DNA from: a virus | Lineage: Duplodnaviria > Heunggongvirae > Uroviricota > Caudoviricetes | Reading direction: 5' to 3' (one strand) | IMG/VR virus record: IMGVR_UViG_3300029873_000373 | Length of the DNA: 17,506 bases | Part shown: positions 14,145 to 17,506 of the stretch, piece after piece | How positions within the stretch are numbered: position 1 is the first letter of the stretch | Layout of the letters: each line of letters begins with the position of its first letter | Translations under genes and position numbers: made by a program | Notes under the pieces: model-generated | What the model was told of the DNA's origin: nothing | Database searches by the model: none | Seen by the model: the letters and a program-made list of their open reading frames with translations, nothing else

Positions 14145-14660
14145 ATGGCGTTAACACACCACGAACTCTGTCAGATTGCGTACAAGTTCCTTAAGCGCAA
14201 CGGGTTCAAGGTTTGCTTTCATGACCGCTTTGTTGCTGTAACCAGTACCGGAGAACAGCCAGATGCTATGGGATTCAGAAATTCAGCATCATGCCTGATA
14301 GAGGCGAAGTGTTCTCGTGCTGACTTGTTGGCAGATAGAAAAAAGCGTTTCCGTAAAAATCCCTCACTTGGCATGGGCGACTGGCGATTCTTTATTAGTG
14401 AGCCGGAAATTATTTCAGTTGAGGATTTACCTCCCGGCTGGGGATTACTTCACGTTGTTAACGGAAGAGTACGGAAAGTACATGGATGGCCCAGGGGTAA
14501 TTGCTGTTGGGGTAATCCTGACGATAAGCCATTTACTGGGAATAAGCAGGTTGAATGCGATTACATGTTATCTGCATTAAGGCGCATGGAGTTGAGAGGG
14601 CACCTTAATGAAATATATGACGGTGTGATTGTTAATAAGAAAGAAGGAAACGCGGCATGA
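14145..14660 (+). CDS. Candidate PD-(D/E)xK-fold nuclease (171 aa)
   Basis: SD AAAGGAGAG before ATG 14145; motif arrangement GEQPDAMGF ... CLIEAKCSRADL resembles the PD ... ExK catalytic core of restriction-endonuclease-like nucleases. Confidence 0.5.
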   Translation: MALTHHELCQIAYKFLKRNGFKVCFHDRFVAVTSTGEQPDAMGFRNSASCLIEAKCSRADLLADRKKRFRKNPSLGMGDWRFFISEPEIISVEDLPPGWGLLHVVNGRVRKVHGWPRGNCCWGNPDDKPFTGNKQVECDYMLSALRRMELRGHLNEIYDGVIVNKKEGNAA

Positions 14661-15415
14661 TCACTATTACCAAAGGGCGACTGCTGACAATCAAGCAGTG
14701 GCGCGAAACATACGGACCGGGTAGCAACGTTGTACTGCCAGCAGAAGAAGCGGAAGAACTGGCACGAATTGCACTGATATCGCTGGAAGCAGAGCCGGTG
14801 GCAAAGATTATAGCTCATTACCCATTAGGAGTTGACGTAGGCAAACAAAAGTTCGTGCAGGCCATTGGAGAGCTTCCTGACTTTGGCGGATATCTATTTG
14901 CCGCCCCGCCAGCGCCGGTAGTGCCGGAAGAAGCAACTCCGGAAAACGTAGAAATGCTCTCTGGCTATGTTTCCACGTACAAATTAACCGATAGCGAGCG
15001 CGATATTGCTGCCGAAATATGGAACGCCTGCCGCACCGCCATGCTTCAGTCCGGAAACTTTCGGGAAAGCAAGAATTCGTCAACCAATAATTTTCGGGAA
15101 ATCCCGGAAGCGTCAACCAGCTCTCCGGTAACTCCGGCTCTTCTGCCTGGTGGTTTCACCATTGAGGAGGCGAAGGAATTACATGAAGACCTGGTACGCA
15201 GCCACATAAGCAAGGCCTTAAGTGGCGAAAAGATGAAAAAGAAAGATCGCGATGCTGATTTGCGCTGGATTCATGGCGTTATAGTTCAGGCAGCGTGGTT
15301 TGTAAAAGCATCACTGGAGCAGAATGCACTATCGGGCAACTCTCCGGTAACTCCGGATGGTTGGATAAGCTGTAGTGAGCGAATGCCGGACGACAGGCAG
15401 GAGGTGAATCAATGA
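14657..15415 (+). CDS. Prophage protein with DUF551-like C-terminal motif (252 aa) and internal repeats
   Basis: ATGA overlap upstream; C-terminal PDGWISCSERMPDD resembles the start of the DUF551 domain (recollection); 33-bp imperfect tandem repeat and 17-bp exact repeat inside the gene. Confidence 0.6.
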   Translation: MITITKGRLLTIKQWRETYGPGSNVVLPAEEAEELARIALISLEAEPVAKIIAHYPLGVDVGKQKFVQAIGELPDFGGYLFAAPPAPVVPEEATPENVEMLSGYVSTYKLTDSERDIAAEIWNACRTAMLQSGNFRESKNSSTNNFREIPEASTSSPVTPALLPGGFTIEEAKELHEDLVRSHISKALSGEKMKKKDRDADLRWIHGVIVQAAWFVKASLEQNALSGNSPVTPDGWISCSERMPDDRQEVNQ

Positions 15416-15495
15416 GCTGGCCTGATGCAATCGTAACTCTGGGGGTGGTATTCGCAGCAGCGTTTGTTGTGTTCTCGATTTGTCGATGGGGATAA
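15412..15495 (+). CDS. Small hydrophobic peptide (27 aa, MSWPDAIVTLGVVFAAAFVVFSICRWG), absent from the ORF track
   Basis: Strong SD AGGAGGTGA 5-6 nt before ATG 15412, which overlaps the upstream stop (ATGA); one predicted transmembrane helix; ends 5 nt before the next gene. Confidence 0.45.
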   Translation: MSWPDAIVTLGVVFAAAFVVFSICRWG

Positions 15496-15499
15496 CCAC

Positions 15500-15742
15500 A
15501 TGTTCGCTTTGATTCAACGCGGTCAGATATACACGGACAGAGCCGGATACCCCGTGGTGATTACTCGCATCACTGAGCACTCAGTGTTCTTTCGACGGAT
15601 GGACGGACGATCCGGGCGGGTACGCATTGGTGAGTTAAACTGCCTGTTCGAACATATTGACCACCAGGAGTACCGCAAAATTCTCGCGGACACTGAGCAG
15701 GAAAAGCACCTGAAAAAATTACGAGCCATAAAAAGGAAGTAA
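15500..15742 (+). CDS. Small conserved prophage protein (80 aa; DUF4222-like by recollection)
   Basis: ATG 15500 directly after the small-peptide stop; MFALIQRGQIYTDRAGYPVVITRITEHSVFFRR-type sequence common next to xis in enterobacterial prophages. Confidence 0.6.
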   Translation: MFALIQRGQIYTDRAGYPVVITRITEHSVFFRRMDGRSGRVRIGELNCLFEHIDHQEYRKILADTEQEKHLKKLRAIKRK

Positions 15743-15745
15743 AGA

Positions 15746-15892
15746 ATGAATAAAGCATTTGAACGATGGGTCCACCAGCGTTACGGCAATCGCTATGACC
15801 TGACGCGAGATGTTGACGGCTTCTACTGTCGTGAAGTTGTGAAGCGAATGTTTGAAGTGTGGTGCCACTGCCGTGGGCTGAGTGTTGTGTGA
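15746..15892 (+). CDS. Small Cys/His-containing ORF (48 aa), absent from the ORF track
   Basis: SD AAGGAAG 7 nt before ATG 15746; MNKAFERWVHQRYGNRYDLTRDVDGFYCREVVKRMFEVWCHCRGLSVV; fills the gap up to xis exactly. Confidence 0.4.
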   Translation: MNKAFERWVHQRYGNRYDLTRDVDGFYCREVVKRMFEVWCHCRGLSVV

Positions 15893-15900
15893 GGTAATAC

Positions 15901-16137
15901 ATGGGCAATGTGATTCAACTGGCTCCCAATGAATGGGTTTGTGAAAGCGTTCTTATCGCAATTACCGGGCTCAAACCAGGCACAATTCTTCGGGCCCGGA
16001 AAGAATGCTGGATGGTTGGAAGAGAGTATATTCACGTATCACCAGACGGTAATCCAAAGCCTTCCAGTGAATGTATGTATAACAGAAAAGCAATAGATGC
16101 CTGGGTCGCCTCAATGAAAAACAAACAACCCAGGTGA
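15901..16137 (+). CDS. xis: Excisionase-like protein
   Basis: 78 aa directly upstream of the integrase; SD GAGG before ATG 15901; sequence type (...EWVCESVLIAITGLKPGTIL...GREYIHVSPDG...) matches enterobacterial prophage excisionase-like proteins. Confidence 0.75.
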   Translation: MGNVIQLAPNEWVCESVLIAITGLKPGTILRARKECWMVGREYIHVSPDGNPKPSSECMYNRKAIDAWVASMKNKQPR

Positions 16138-16192
16138 TTTAATATCATGAAATATGTAAGCTCGTATCGCTCTTGGGCGTCTGGAGGTATCG

Positions 16193-17506
16193 ATGGATAA
16201 AGTCAAATATCCAACAGGCGTCGAAAACCACGGCGGCACATTACGCATCTGGTTTAATTTTAAAGGTAAACGTGTCAGGGAAAATCTTGGTGTCCCTGAC
16301 ACTGCCAAGAACAGGAAGATCGCCGGGGAACTGCGGACATCAGTATGTTTTGCCATCCGCACAGGAAGCTTTGATTATGCTGCACAGTTCCCTGACTCCC
16401 CCAACCTTCAGGCTTTTGGGGTAAGTAAAAAAGAAATTACGGTGAAGGAACTTGAAGAAAAGTGGCTGGATCTGAAACGAATGGAAATCTCTGCAAATGC
16501 ATTCAATCGCTATGAATCCGTTGCAAGAACGATGGTTCCGAAAATTGGAGGCAGTAGACTGGTGTCATCGGTAACCAAAGAGGAATTGCTGTATATCAGG
16601 AAAGATTTGCTTACCGGGTATCAGAATTCAACGAAAAACAAAGTAGCAGCAAAAGGACGGAGCGTCGTTACTGTAAATTATTACATGACGACAATCGCTG
16701 GAATGTTTCAGTTTGCTGCAGATCACGGTTACTTAGAAGCAAATCCCTTCCAGGGAATTAAGCCTCTTAAAAGAGCCAGGGCAGAGCCAGATCCGCTAAC
16801 TCGTGACGAATTTATTCGCCTGATAGATGCTTGCCGACATCAGCAGACGAAAAACCTGTGGTCATTGGCTGTGTACACAGGAATGCGTCACGGTGAACTG
16901 GTCTCCCTGGCCTGGGAAGATATCGATCTGAAGGCAGGAACAATTACCATCAGGCGCAATTATACGAAACTTGGTGAGTTCACTCTACCGAAAACTGAAG
17001 CAAGCACAAACAGGGTTGTGCACCTTATCCAGCCCGCTATCAGTGTCCTGAAAAATCAGGCTGAAATGACAAGACTGGGTAAGCAGTACAACATCAAGGT
17101 GCAACTACGTGAATATGGACGTTCAGTGAACCATGAATGTACTTTCGTGTTTAACCCTCAAGTGGTTAGAAAAAGCGAACAGGTAGGTTTTGTCTACAAA
17201 GTCGATTCTGTAGGTGACTCATGGGAAACAGCCATTAAGCGTGCAGGGATCAGGCATCGAAAGGCATACCAGTCACGACACACTTATGCGTGCTGGTCAT
17301 TATCTGCCGGAGCAAACCCAAGCTTCATTGCCAGCCAGATGGGCCATGCAAGTGCCCAGATGGTATTCAATGTATACGGAGCATGGATGACTGACAGCAA
17401 TGCAGAACAGATCGCAATGCTGAATCAGAAGCTGACAGATTATGTCCCAATGATGCCCCATAGTCACCAAAGTGACACCAGAGGCTTATTAAAATCAGTA
17501 AGTTAA
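16193..17506 (+). CDS. int: Phage integrase, tyrosine site-specific recombinase
   Basis: 437 aa; SD GGAGG before ATG 16193; catalytic-domain signatures (TGMRHGEL, SRHTYACW, ASQMGHASAQMVFNVYGAWM); ends with TAA at the window edge. Confidence 0.93.
   Translation: MDKVKYPTGVENHGGTLRIWFNFKGKRVRENLGVPDTAKNRKIAGELRTSVCFAIRTGSFDYAAQFPDSPNLQAFGVSKKEITVKELEEKWLDLKRMEISANAFNRYESVARTMVPKIGGSRLVSSVTKEELLYIRKDLLTGYQNSTKNKVAAKGRSVVTVNYYMTTIAGMFQFAADHGYLEANPFQGIKPLKRARAEPDPLTRDEFIRLIDACRHQQTKNLWSLAVYTGMRHGELVSLAWEDIDLKAGTITIRRNYTKLGEFTLPKTEASTNRVVHLIQPAISVLKNQAEMTRLGKQYNIKVQLREYGRSVNHECTFVFNPQVVRKSEQVGFVYKVDSVGDSWETAIKRAGIRHRKAYQSRHTYACWSLSAGANPSFIASQMGHASAQMVFNVYGAWMTDSNAEQIAMLNQKLTDYVPMMPHSHQSDTRGLLKSVS

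Larger units (their letters stand above)
1..17506. mobile_element. Lambdoid prophage segment (Q-porin end through replication, immunity, early-left accessory genes, xis-int); neither attachment site is within the window
   Basis: Gene order and content: integrase, excisionase, CI-like repressor with divergent operators, O-like/DnaC-like/DnaB-like replication genes, Q antiterminator, porin moron; compact operons with ATGA/GTGA stop-start overlaps. Confidence 0.9.

Noticed and set aside
16193-17506. Search for an attachment site or tRNA next to the integrase
   Set aside because: The window ends at the integrase stop codon; no tRNA-like sequence or att core lies within the window, so none is reported.

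Overview
The window is a contiguous internal block of a lambdoid (DLP12 / phage-21-like) prophage, lying in reverse orientation to the lambda map. Left to right: a phage-borne outer-membrane porin (1-1083, +) converging on antiterminator Q (-); then, on the minus strand, a DUF968-like nin-region gene, a DnaB-like helicase, a DnaC-like loader, an O-like initiator with internal iteron-like repeats, three small unknown genes, and three Rha-family regulator genes; a divergent immunity region with a CI-like HTH/S24 repressor (9644-10300, +) flanked on both sides by a shared operator-like motif; then a plus-strand early-left block of mostly uncharacterised accessory genes ending in excisionase and a tyrosine integrase (16193-17506). 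No rRNA, tRNA, CRISPR array or IS element was seen. All family assignments are from reading the translations and motifs by eye; no database search was run. Most worth a second look: (i) a ~300-bp module duplicated in-frame in front of two different Rha domains, with an identical internal SD-ATG at each junction; (ii) an AT-rich accessory cluster (10418-12924) in the N-gene position with an XRE-HTH protein and several unknown proteins; (iii) a PD-(D/E)xK-like candidate nuclease; (iv) small ORFs with strong ribosome-binding sites missing from the ORF track; (v) an antisense-oriented intrinsic terminator inside the early-right operon; (vi) a perfect (CACAAAA)x4 repeat between cI and the leftward operator; (vii) iteron-like repeats inside the initiator gene.
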